From Thermodesulfobacteriota bacterium (GTDB taxonomy: Bacteria; Desulfobacterota; Binatia; Bin18): a stretch of DNA of 64,000 bases. The position numbers and the translations under genes are program-made. Below, piece after piece: positions 18,569 through 30,769 of the stretch; positions within the stretch are counted from its first letter, which is position 1; the number at the start of each line of letters is the position of its first letter. The notes beneath the pieces are model-generated. The model saw nothing but the letters and a program-made list of their open reading frames with translations, searched no databases and had not been told where the DNA came from. Location: positions 1,152,001 to 1,216,000 of the forward strand of contig OZ219926.1 of NCBI GenBank assembly GCA_964291405.2. Direction: 5' to 3'.

Positions 18569-20300
18569 TCCGATCCATTCACTCGCATTTTCCATTCAGG
18601 CAAATCGAGGCGTTTATGCCGCCCTTGTCGGCTCAGGTATATCCAGGGCGGCAGAAATTCCGACCGGTTGGGAAATAACGCTAGGCTTGGTTCATGGGCT
18701 TGCAGCTCTCCAAAACAATACAGCGGAGCCCGACCCTGAGACTTGGTATCGGGAACAGTTCGGGAGAGAGCCGGACTATTCCGATCTCCTTGAAAATCTC
18801 GCCAGGACGCCCGCCGAGCGGCAACAATTGTTACGCAGCTATTGGGAGCCGAATGAACAGGAGCGTGCCGAAGGGAAGAAGCAGCCAACCGCAGCACACC
18901 ACGCTATCGCTGCATTGGTGGCTCAAGGATTCATAAAGGTCATCATTACCACAAATTTTGACCGCCTGATGGAAAGCGCCTTGCGTGACGCTGGAGTTGA
19001 GCCAACTGTTCTGAGTTCACCAGATCACGTCCAAGGGATGCTACCGCTTATCCACACTCAGTGCTGCGTTCTCAAGCTCCATGGCGACTATCTCGACACG
19101 CGTATTCGCAATACGCCCAGCGAACTCGAAGCATACCCCGAGGAATTCGACCAACTCCTTGATCGTATCTTCGATGAGTTTGGTCTTATTATCTGCGGCT
19201 GGTCAGCTACCTGGGACAATGCGTTGCGTAACGCAATCGAGCGCTGCCCATCCCGGCGGTTTACGACCTATTGGGCGGTACGTGGCGAGCCCAGCGATGA
19301 GGCTCATCGGCTGATTAACCATCGTGGTGCTGAAGTGATCAGTATTGAGGAAGCCGACACGTTCTTTCAAACCGTTCAGCAACACGTCGAGTCCATCGAA
19401 GAGTTTTCGAGGCCCCATCCCCTTTCAACCGAAGCCGCAGTGGCAAGCTTAAAGCGCTATCTCTCTGAGTCCAGATATCGGATTCAGCTTTCGGACCTCA
19501 TTGACGAAACAGTGGATAGAATTATCGAGGCGACCTCCGGCGAGGCTTATTCCGTTCAAGGCATACCTATAAATACAGAATCAGCGACGGCCCGTGTACG
19601 CGGCTACGAAGCGGCGTGTTCGACATTACTGGCAATGGCACCGGTCGGAGGGTTTTGGGCAGAAGAGGGACACTATCATGTTTGGCAACGAGCACTGGAG
19701 CGTTTATCCCCAGTTAATAGTAATGGTTCTCCATTTTGGTTGAGCTTGCAATGCTATCCAGGAACACTGCTGCTTTACGCCTTGGGCCTCGGTGTGGTTA
19801 AGGCACATCGATTGGAATTCCTTGAACGCCTCTTCGCAACTATGATCCACAGGGAACATCGTGAGGCGATTGCTGCCGTGCAACTACTTCCCCCATTCTG
19901 CTTATTCAGTGTGCATAGCCAAGGCGGCCAGGCTGCTCAAATATTAGAAGGTATGGAAAGAAATTATGTACCGCTGAACATCTGGTTGTATAACGCACTA
20001 AGACAGTATGCAAAGCGAATCATCCCTAGCGATGATGAGTATATGTTGGTCTTCGATAAGCTCGAAATTCTTATCGCGCTTGGATATGCGTACCGAGAGC
20101 GTCTTAATTGGGTTCCAAGGGGAGTATTTATTTACCGAGATGAGAACAGACATCGAGTTTTACAAGAGATCAAGGAATCTACATCGGCACTCCAGGAGCA
20201 ATCGCCGTTTGTGAAAAGCGGTATTTTTGGTGAAACTGTTGAGCAATGCTCGCAAAGCTTGAAATTTTTCAACGTATCTCTCGCGCGAGCCCATCGGTGA
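18561..20300 (+). CDS. SIR2-like (SIR2_2, NADase-type) domain protein with uncharacterised C-terminal half
   Basis: 'LVGSGISR', 'IITTNFDRLME', 'LKLHGDY', 'LIICGWS..WD' sirtuin-like motifs; start overlaps the hsdS stop. Confidence 0.85.
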   Translation: MIDPIHSLAFSIQANRGVYAALVGSGISRAAEIPTGWEITLGLVHGLAALQNNTAEPDPETWYREQFGREPDYSDLLENLARTPAERQQLLRSYWEPNEQERAEGKKQPTAAHHAIAALVAQGFIKVIITTNFDRLMESALRDAGVEPTVLSSPDHVQGMLPLIHTQCCVLKLHGDYLDTRIRNTPSELEAYPEEFDQLLDRIFDEFGLIICGWSATWDNALRNAIERCPSRRFTTYWAVRGEPSDEAHRLINHRGAEVISIEEADTFFQTVQQHVESIEEFSRPHPLSTEAAVASLKRYLSESRYRIQLSDLIDETVDRIIEATSGEAYSVQGIPINTESATARVRGYEAACSTLLAMAPVGGFWAEEGHYHVWQRALERLSPVNSNGSPFWLSLQCYPGTLLLYALGLGVVKAHRLEFLERLFATMIHREHREAIAAVQLLPPFCLFSVHSQGGQAAQILEGMERNYVPLNIWLYNALRQYAKRIIPSDDEYMLVFDKLEILIALGYAYRERLNWVPRGVFIYRDENRHRVLQEIKESTSALQEQSPFVKSGIFGETVEQCSQSLKFFNVSLARAHR

Positions 20301-20339
20301 TGATGGGAGTAAAGTTTTCACCGTGAAGGAGGTTGAGTA

Positions 20340-20729
20340 GTGGCAATGAAACGCGCATTTATCAGTTTTGACTTCGACCATGACGAGGAACTGAGAAATG
20401 CTTTGGTTGGTCAGGCAAAAAATCCAGATTCACCATTTACTATCGCGGATTGGTCGGTAAAGGAGCCATTCACCGGGGATTGGAGAGGGAAGGTTCGCGA
20501 CCGAATACGCAGAACCGACCTGACCATTGTCATCTGTGGACGGTACACACATACCGCCAAAGGGGTTGCTGCCGAGTTGAGCATCACCCGTGAGGAAAAC
20601 AAACCTTACTTTCTACTAAAGGGGCGCCCTGATTACACTTGTACTAAGCCTGACATGGCCCGTCGTTCAGACAAGATTTATAGATGGACATGGGAAAATC
20701 TGAGACGGCTGATTCGCGGAGAGAGATAG
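20340..20729 (+). CDS. Stand-alone TIR-domain protein (ThsB / DUF1863-like)
   Basis: AAGGAGG RBS; 'RAFISFDFDHD', 'DWSVKE', 'RIRRTDLTIVICG..T', catalytic-type Glu in 'GVAAELSI', C-terminal 'WTWENL'. Confidence 0.85.
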   Translation: MAMKRAFISFDFDHDEELRNALVGQAKNPDSPFTIADWSVKEPFTGDWRGKVRDRIRRTDLTIVICGRYTHTAKGVAAELSITREENKPYFLLKGRPDYTCTKPDMARRSDKIYRWTWENLRRLIRGER

Positions 20730-20733
20730 CCTG

Positions 20734-21237
20734 ATGTCCCAGCAGTCGAATGGGCGTTTGGTTAATTACACGAAAGAGACGTATGGAGATTCCTTCGGCA
20801 CGGACCTTCTTGAGCAATATAAAATATACGTGCAGTCAGCCGAGAATGTCAGCGCGCGCCGGGTGGCTTCGAGTCGCTATCTCCTCACACTCAACATCGC
20901 GCTCGTGACTCTCTACGGCATTCAATCTGAGGGGTTCGTTCAGAGCTATTGGGCGATACTGGTTCCAATACTCGGCATCCTAGTCTCTTTGCTTTGGTAC
21001 CAGATCATCAAGTCTCACAGTGATCTGAATACCGTCAAATTCAAGATAATCCACCAACTTGAAGAGCATTTGCCAGTTGCGCTGTATGCCTATGAGTGGC
21101 AGTTGGCCGGAGAGGGGCGCGGGACATCCTATAGTGCCGTCACTCACATAGAAAAGTGGATTCCGAGAGTCTTTATTGCCCTCCACAGCATTCTCTTTAT
21201 CTCACCGTTTTTGGTAAAGAGCGACTTCCTGATTTGA
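20734..21237 (+). CDS. Small ~3-TM membrane protein, candidate pore-forming immune effector
   Basis: 'LLEQYKIYVQSAENVSARR' followed by hydrophobic helices 'YLLTLNIALVTLYGI', 'WAILVPILGILVSLLWYQII', 'WIPRVFIALHSILFISPFL'; 4 bp after the TIR stop. Confidence 0.7.
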   Translation: MSQQSNGRLVNYTKETYGDSFGTDLLEQYKIYVQSAENVSARRVASSRYLLTLNIALVTLYGIQSEGFVQSYWAILVPILGILVSLLWYQIIKSHSDLNTVKFKIIHQLEEHLPVALYAYEWQLAGEGRGTSYSAVTHIEKWIPRVFIALHSILFISPFLVKSDFLI

Positions 21238-21267
21238 CTACAATAATCACCTGCCCCGAATCCACCC

Positions 21268-21302
21268 TCGAAACAACGTCCAACATGGTCTATACTGGAC
21301 CA
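21268..21302 (+). promoter_or_regulatory. Putative sigma70 promoter with overlapping operator for the phd-vapC-hsdR unit
   Basis: TCGAAA-N17-TATACT; inverted repeat TGGTC(21286-90)/GACCA(21298-302) flanks the -10 box. Confidence 0.45.
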
Positions 21303-21330
21303 CTATCGCTTAGTTGCCGGAGGTGTGACC

Positions 21331-21606
21331 ATGGAAGTCTCCAAACCCCAGCGTGTATGGACTGTTGCCGAAGCGAAGGCCCGTCTGTCCGAGGTCTTGC
21401 GGCTGGCCGAGACGGAAGGGCCGCAGCGCATAGGTACCCGGCGTCCGTTCGTTGTGGTGCCCGCCGAGGCGTGGGACGCGAAAACGCCGCCGCGTAAGCC
21501 CTTTGGCCAGTGGCTCATAGAGAACGTACCACGCGGCACCAATCTTGAGGTGCCGGAGCGGAGCTCCAATCGCCCGATTCCCTTCATTGACGAAGAAGAC
21601 GAATGA
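21331..21606 (+). CDS. Phd/YefM-family antitoxin
   Basis: GGAGGT RBS; 'WTVAEAKARLSEVLRLAETEGPQRI'; ATGA overlap with the PIN toxin. Confidence 0.82.
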   Translation: MEVSKPQRVWTVAEAKARLSEVLRLAETEGPQRIGTRRPFVVVPAEAWDAKTPPRKPFGQWLIENVPRGTNLEVPERSSNRPIPFIDEEDE

Positions 21607-22018
21607 CTGGCTACCTTCTGGATACCAACGTAATCTCGGAGTTGACGCGGAACATTCCAGACCCCCGGGTTGTGGACTTTCTGGCCGAGCGAGACGATGT
21701 ATGGGTGTCGTCTGTCCTCATCCATGAAGTAGAATACGGATTACGGTTGCTCCCACAGGGAATCCGCCGCAATCGGCTGTCTACCATGCAAGCAGCCATT
21801 CTTTCGGGATACGCCCATCACATACTGCCATTGGACAGGGCAGGGGCCGAGTGGGCCGCCGAGTTTCGGGCGAACGCCCGGCGCTCTGGATATACGATCG
21901 ACGTGGGCGACGCCTTGGTCGCCGGAATAGCCCGAGCCAATACCCTCACCGTCGCCACTCGGAACGTCGCCGATTTCCGGCCCTTCAACGTCGCAGTCAT
22001 CAATCCCTGGGAAACGTC

Positions 22019-22022
<4 letters not shown>
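21603..22022 (+). CDS. vapC: PIN-domain toxin, VapC family
   Basis: '[10 protein letters not shown]', 'EVEYG', 'DALVAGIA', 'VATRNVADF', 'INPW'. Confidence 0.9.
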
Positions 22023-25249
<3,227 letters not shown>

Positions 25250-25339
25250 CCGGAGGCAGGGCGCCTTAGGGATGTTCGCCTTGACCTCCAGATATAAACG
25301 CGCGATGGTTCTGGAACTGACACAGTCGGAGGGAAGCCC

Positions 25340-27715
25340 ATGACCACGGTCGGCACGGGTAAGATGGTTGGCGCCCAGGTGAAACGGGTCGAAGACCCGC
25401 GGGTGCTGTTGGGTCAAAGCCAGTATGTCGATGATATCCACCTGCCCGGCACCCTCGGAGTCGCCTTTGTCCGCAGCCCCTACGCCCATGCCCGGCTGCT
25501 CACGATCGATGTCAGCGCCGCTCAGGCGTATCCAGGGGTTGAGGCGGTCTTGACCGGGGCGGATGTTGCCCAGGCGATCCGCCCCCTCCGCGTGGAGTAT
25601 GATCCGGCCAAGGCCCCGAAACATAAACCGTGCAACTGGTCGGTGTTAGCCCTGGACAAAGTCCGCTTCGTGGGAGAACCCGTAGCGGTCGTGGTGGCCT
25701 CGGACCGCTACACGGCAGAGGATGCCGCGGCTCGCGTGGCAGTCGAGTATGAGCCCCTGGAGGTTGTGAGCGATATAGAACAGGCTATGCAGCCGGACGC
25801 ACCGCTCATTCATGAGGAATGGGGCGACAATCTCATGCAGACAGTGGACATGGAGGCCGGCGCGATTGCCCAGGCATTTCAATCGGCAGACTGCATCGTA
25901 GCCGAGCGCTTTGCGACCGGCCGGCATGTGGCGCTACCCATGGAAGCCCGCGGCTGTCTGGCCCACTATGAGCCGGCTTTAGGCTCCCTGACACTGTGGT
26001 CCTCGACCCAGGTACCGCATCTGATGCGCGCCCACCTGGCCCGGCTGCTCGACTTTCCCGAGCACCATATTCGGGTCATTGCGCCGGATGTCGGCGGAGG
26101 GTTTGGACCCAAAGCCTATGTCTATCCCGAGGAAGTCCTGCTGACCTTCCTTGCCAAGCATGTCGGCCGCCCGGTCAAGTGGATCGAAGACCGACGCGAA
26201 AACCTGTCCGCCTCGACCTTGCAGGCCAAACAACAAGTCGTGCAGGCGGAACTCGCCCTGACACAGGAGGGGGCGGTCCTGGGGGTGAAGGGGCGTTTTA
26301 TCTGCGACGTGGGCGCGTACTCGGCCTATCCGTGGGGCTCGGCCCTGGAGGCCGGCATGGCGGCTTCGGCCTTCCCCGGAGGCCCCTATAAGGTCCCAGC
26401 CTTCCGCTGCGAGGCCCTCTCGGTTGTCACCAACAAGGTGACGAGTGGAGCCTATCGTGGGGTGGGCTTGCCGGTCAGTATCCTGGTCATGGAACGCCTG
26501 CTCGACCTGGGGGCACAGAAACTTGGGCTCGACCCGGCCGAACTGCGTCTGCGCAATATGATCCGCAAGGAGGAACATCCCTATCAGATCGTCACCGGGG
26601 TTGAGATTGAAAGCGGCAGTCACCGGGAAGCGCTGCAAAAAGCGCTGGACATGCTCGACTACCAGGCTTTCCGGGCCGAGCAGCAGCAGGCGAGACAACA
26701 CGGGCGTTACCTCGGCGTCGGCCTGGGCTGTTATGTCGAGAGTTCGTCCTACAGCTATCGCAGTTTCGAGCCGGTCGGCATCACCTGGGGTGGCTACGAG
26801 TCGGCCACCGTGCGTATAGACGCGAATGGCAAGGTCACCGTCCTGGTCGGCACCCACTCGCACGGCCAGGGCCATGAGACGACGTTTGCCCAGGTTGCGG
26901 CAGACGAACTGGGCGTGCCCGTGGCCGACGTCAGGGTGATCCAGGGAGATACCACGACCGTTCCCCACGGCTGGGGGACGTGGGCCAGCCGTAGCGCCGT
27001 GCTCGGCGGCGGCGCCATTATCCAGGCGTCGGGCCAGCTGCGGGAGAAAATTCTGCGTACGGCCTCGCGCCTGAGTGAAGTGCCACAAGATGATCTTGAG
27101 CTGGCCGAGGGGCTGGTCCGGCGCAAGACGGACGGCCTGGCGCTCATGCCCCTCCAGGACATCGCCCACCTGCTGGTTGTTCGGGCACCGGCAGGTCTAC
27201 CGGAAGACGAAGAACCGGGCTTGGAGGCAACGGCACACTACACCCCACCGCCCTGGACCCACGCCAACGCCACGGTTCTGGTGACGGTCGAGGTGGACAT
27301 CGAAACCGGCTCCGTTCGGCTGCTGCGTCTGATTGTGGTCGAAGACTGCGGCACAATAATCAACCCGCTGGTGGTTGACGGACAGATCCAGGGCGGCGTG
27401 GCCCAGGGGATCGGCTCGGCCCTGTACGAACAGACCGTGTACGACGACAACGGGCAACTGCTGACGGGCACGCTGATGGACTATCTGGCCCCAACCGCGG
27501 TGGACGTTCCTCGGGTTGAAATCGGACATATAGAAACCCCGGCTCCGAACACGCCGCGCGGCATCAAGGGCATGGGCGAAGGCGGAGCCATTTCACCGCC
27601 GGCAGCCATAGCCAACGCCGTGGCGGACGCCCTGGCACCGTTGGGGGTACGGGTCAGCGAGATTCCACTCACCCCGGAGCGGGTGCTCGCCCTGATTGAC
27701 CAGGCACGGGCATGA
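25340..27715 (+). CDS. Xanthine dehydrogenase/CoxL-family molybdopterin-binding large subunit
   Basis: 'RVEDPR', 'RSPYAHA', 'DVGGGFG', 'AYRGVG', 'HGQGHET', 'GQIQGGVAQGIG', 'KGMGEGG'. Confidence 0.9.
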   Translation: MTTVGTGKMVGAQVKRVEDPRVLLGQSQYVDDIHLPGTLGVAFVRSPYAHARLLTIDVSAAQAYPGVEAVLTGADVAQAIRPLRVEYDPAKAPKHKPCNWSVLALDKVRFVGEPVAVVVASDRYTAEDAAARVAVEYEPLEVVSDIEQAMQPDAPLIHEEWGDNLMQTVDMEAGAIAQAFQSADCIVAERFATGRHVALPMEARGCLAHYEPALGSLTLWSSTQVPHLMRAHLARLLDFPEHHIRVIAPDVGGGFGPKAYVYPEEVLLTFLAKHVGRPVKWIEDRRENLSASTLQAKQQVVQAELALTQEGAVLGVKGRFICDVGAYSAYPWGSALEAGMAASAFPGGPYKVPAFRCEALSVVTNKVTSGAYRGVGLPVSILVMERLLDLGAQKLGLDPAELRLRNMIRKEEHPYQIVTGVEIESGSHREALQKALDMLDYQAFRAEQQQARQHGRYLGVGLGCYVESSSYSYRSFEPVGITWGGYESATVRIDANGKVTVLVGTHSHGQGHETTFAQVAADELGVPVADVRVIQGDTTTVPHGWGTWASRSAVLGGGAIIQASGQLREKILRTASRLSEVPQDDLELAEGLVRRKTDGLALMPLQDIAHLLVVRAPAGLPEDEEPGLEATAHYTPPPWTHANATVLVTVEVDIETGSVRLLRLIVVEDCGTIINPLVVDGQIQGGVAQGIGSALYEQTVYDDNGQLLTGTLMDYLAPTAVDVPRVEIGHIETPAPNTPRGIKGMGEGGAISPPAAIANAVADALAPLGVRVSEIPLTPERVLALIDQARA

Positions 27716-27749
27716 GACAAGTAATAAGGGTGCGCGAGAGGAGGAGCAT

Positions 27750-28757
27750 ATGCGTCTAGGCCTTACTCTCACGGGCGACCAGTTGACAATGGCAGATATC
27801 GTCCGTTTTGCGTGTCAGGCTGAGGAGGCAGATTTCGATTCGGTATGGGTGACCGAGGCCTGGCGCGAGGCTTTCGTTCCCCTGACCGCTATCGCCATGC
27901 AGACGAGCAGGGTACGCATTGGCACGGCCATCGCCCTGACTATGGCACGCAGCCCCGTTCTGATGGAGCTGGCGGCAACAGCCGTGGATGAAATTGCCCA
28001 GGGCCGCCTTGTTCTTGGCATTGGCCCCGGCCCCAAGGCCTGGAACGAAAACTGGCACGCCGTGCGGTTCTATCCCCCGGCCGCGTATGTCCGCGAGTAT
28101 GCGGAAGTCCTGCGTCTGATGTGGACCGCCCACTCCGGAAAGAGCGTAGACTACCAGGGCAAGTATCTCCAGATTCGGGAGTATCAACGCTTTTCCCGTC
28201 CCTACCGGGATCGAATCCCCATCTATTTTGGAGCGGTCATGCCCAAATTCCTCCGGGTGACAGGGGCGGTTGCTGACGGCCTGTGTGTTGCCGCCTGCAA
28301 TACTCCCCGCTACATCGCCGATGTCGCGCGCCGTTATATGGCCGAGGGGATGCAGGAAAGCCAGCGAGAGGCGAACACGGTGGGCTGTATGAGTTTAGTC
28401 ATCTGTGCCGTTGATAAGGATAGAGAGAAAGCCAGAGACAGGGCGAAGCGGCAGATCGCCTTTTACACGACTTTCCCCTACTACGATATTGTGTTGGACC
28501 AGCACGATCTCGCTGAGGAAAAAATGCGAATTCGCGAGGCCTGGGCGCGGAACGACACCACGGGGATGGTTGCCAGTGTCAGCGACCAGATGGTGGATCT
28601 CATCTCCATTGCCGGTACGCCACAGGAATGTCGCCAGGCCCTCTCCCGCTACGAGGGCATAGCCGACGAGGTGTCCCTCTACTCGCCCAGTTTTGAGCTC
28701 AGCCGTGAGGAGGTGCTCACAAATCACCAAGCCATCCTGGAAGCCTTTGGTCGCTAA
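27750..28757 (+). CDS. LLM-class flavin/F420-dependent oxidoreductase
   Basis: GAGGAG RBS; 'AEEADFDSVWVTE', 'RIGTAI', 'GRLVLGIG', 'IPIYFGA'. Confidence 0.88.
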   Translation: MRLGLTLTGDQLTMADIVRFACQAEEADFDSVWVTEAWREAFVPLTAIAMQTSRVRIGTAIALTMARSPVLMELAATAVDEIAQGRLVLGIGPGPKAWNENWHAVRFYPPAAYVREYAEVLRLMWTAHSGKSVDYQGKYLQIREYQRFSRPYRDRIPIYFGAVMPKFLRVTGAVADGLCVAACNTPRYIADVARRYMAEGMQESQREANTVGCMSLVICAVDKDREKARDRAKRQIAFYTTFPYYDIVLDQHDLAEEKMRIREAWARNDTTGMVASVSDQMVDLISIAGTPQECRQALSRYEGIADEVSLYSPSFELSREEVLTNHQAILEAFGR

Positions 28758-28809
28758 ACAGGAAAGCCGGCAACAGGGCTGTCAAGGGGCCGCCGTACGC
28801 TTCCGCTCA

Positions 28810-29361
28810 TCACCCGCCGGTCTTCATCTTGAACCGGAAGTCGCAGTAATTGGCACCCTTCATGATCGTTTGCGTCCGGGTCATGGTGACTCCAGGACCT
28901 CCCACCGCTTCGATATCCACGTCCATCTCACACGTCAGCAGCGCGCCGAGTTCGGGTTCTCCCAGTTGCCGGAAGAAATCAGCGTAGCGGCAGCTGGTGA
29001 TATTAAACTCCCAGGCGTCCGGCGTCTGCTTGAGCATCTCAAGGTTCACATCGCCGCCGACCTGCTTAAAGAGGGCTTTATTAAAGGCGTCCCATTTCTG
29101 CCGAGGGCTGCCGGAGAGCTGATCCCCAATGTCCTGGAAGAGCTTTTCCGACCACTCCCGGAGTGCCTGGCTGGCAATTCGGTTCGCTTGCTCCTCCCCC
29201 AGCTCAGCCCGAAAGGCACGGAGCATGGGCACGAGCACCTGAGCTTGAATCTTGACCTTTTCAAGTAGAGAGAGACCGGCTTTGCCAAACGCTGGTGCAA
29301 AAACATCCGTAGTGGCGTTCTCTTGCGGCTCGTTCGCTTTCAGATCATTGGTACTCGCCAT
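28810..29361 (-). CDS. L-2-amino-thiazoline-4-carboxylate (ATC) hydrolase-like protein
   Basis: 'FNITSCRYADFF...ELGALLTCEMD', 'RTQTIMKGANYCDFRF'. Confidence 0.75.
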   Translation of the reverse strand: MASTNDLKANEPQENATTDVFAPAFGKAGLSLLEKVKIQAQVLVPMLRAFRAELGEEQANRIASQALREWSEKLFQDIGDQLSGSPRQKWDAFNKALFKQVGGDVNLEMLKQTPDAWEFNITSCRYADFFRQLGEPELGALLTCEMDVDIEAVGGPGVTMTRTQTIMKGANYCDFRFKMKTGG

Positions 29362-29575
29362 GGCATTCCTCCTGTATTTAATGGGCTGCACGTAGGACGG
29401 GCTAGTTATGACAGTATCGGATCAAACTCTGAGGTGGCGTGTCAACGAGCGGAACGCAATTAGTTCTCCGCAGCTCTTGACATAATCGATTTGAAAGATG
29501 CAGAAGGGCTGTGAGAGAGGATGAACGCAGCCGACAATTATGAAGAAGATCACGCCCAAATAAGGAGGGAGTGCC

Positions 29576-30769
29576 ATGCAAACTGCTACGGAGAACAGAC
29601 GCTGGTCAAAGGAATACCCCGAGCTGGGGACCGGGCCCGTGCCGGCGGAATCGTGCATTTCCCCGGAGTATTTTGAGCTTGAACGCGAACGGGTCTTTCG
29701 CCGTACCTGGCTCAACGTCGGCCGCGTCGATGATATTCCCAACGCGGGCGACTTTTTCGTGCGCGAGCTGGCGGTGTGTAAAACCTCGATTCTGGTCATC
29801 CGAGGCAAGGACGGCGTCATCCGCGGCTTTCACAATGTCTGTTCGCACCGCTCCAACAAGCTGGTCTGGGAAGAGCGCGGCACCTGTCGTGGAGCCTTAG
29901 CCTGCCATTTTCATAGCTGGGGGTATAACGCCCAGGGGCAACTCACCGGCGTCCCGGATGAAGAGAACTTCCACGATCTTGATAAGAGCAAGCTGGGACT
30001 CACCCCGGTGACCACCGATGTGTGGGAAGGGTTTATCTTTGTGCATCTGGGTCCGCAGCCCCAAGAGACGCTCACCGACTACCTGGGTGGAGTAGCCGAA
30101 CAGTTCAAAGGTGCCGCCTTTCATAAGCGCCGCCTCACCCATACCTATAAAGTCGAAGAGCAGGCCAACTGGAAGGTCGCCCTGGACGCCCAGAACGAAG
30201 CCTATCACCTCCCCTTCCAGCATCGCTATTCCTTTCCCGGGATGTTCGTCCTCAAAGACAACCGCTATCTGCGTCTCTCGGGTGTGAAGCTGTATAATCA
30301 TCACGCGGTCTGGTCGACCACCTATAATTCAGAAAGTACGCCGACGCCGACCGGAGCACTCATGAACCAGCTCAATACGGCGACAACCAACAGCCGCCTG
30401 CCCATGCTGGGGGATTTTGACTTTTTTGTGATCTTTCCCAATTTTGTCATTCTCCAGTTCCGGGGCATCGAAGACGACTATTACATGACGTATAATTTCT
30501 GGCCGCTGGCGGTTGATCGCTGCATCTGGGAGATCAAATTTCATTTTCCGCCCGCCGAAACCGCCGGCCAGCGACTCAGCCAGGAATACCTCAAACACCG
30601 CATCTGTGATGTGCTCCAGGAGGACGCCGTGGCGCATGAGACCCTGCAAACCGGTCTGAGCTCGCGGGCAAAAACGCATCTCATCCTCCAGGACGATGAG
30701 ATTCAGATTCGGCATTTTCACAAAGTGTTGGAAGACTATATGGGGTTCTTCAACGGATGGGGGCACTGA
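29576..30769 (+). CDS. Rieske aromatic ring-hydroxylating oxygenase alpha subunit
   Basis: Rieske 'CSH...CHFH'; mononuclear Fe 'NWK....NEAYHLPFQH'; 'LQED'. Confidence 0.9.
   Translation: MQTATENRRWSKEYPELGTGPVPAESCISPEYFELERERVFRRTWLNVGRVDDIPNAGDFFVRELAVCKTSILVIRGKDGVIRGFHNVCSHRSNKLVWEERGTCRGALACHFHSWGYNAQGQLTGVPDEENFHDLDKSKLGLTPVTTDVWEGFIFVHLGPQPQETLTDYLGGVAEQFKGAAFHKRRLTHTYKVEEQANWKVALDAQNEAYHLPFQHRYSFPGMFVLKDNRYLRLSGVKLYNHHAVWSTTYNSESTPTPTGALMNQLNTATTNSRLPMLGDFDFFVIFPNFVILQFRGIEDDYYMTYNFWPLAVDRCIWEIKFHFPPAETAGQRLSQEYLKHRICDVLQEDAVAHETLQTGLSSRAKTHLILQDDEIQIRHFHKVLEDYMGFFNGWGH

Noticed and set aside
18561-20729. Canonical type I Thoeris (thsA-thsB)
   Set aside because: No recognisable SLOG domain after SIR2 and an extra TM gene is coupled to the TIR, so gene symbols were not assigned.
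21851-22018. N-terminal extension of HsdR
   Set aside because: Overlaps vapC in another frame; HsdR-like sequence begins at GTG 22019 (FTESTVE).
25340-27715. Aerobic CO dehydrogenase large subunit (coxL)
   Set aside because: The active-site loop is AYRGVG, not the form I AYRCSFR, and there is no coxM/coxS nearby; called only as family.
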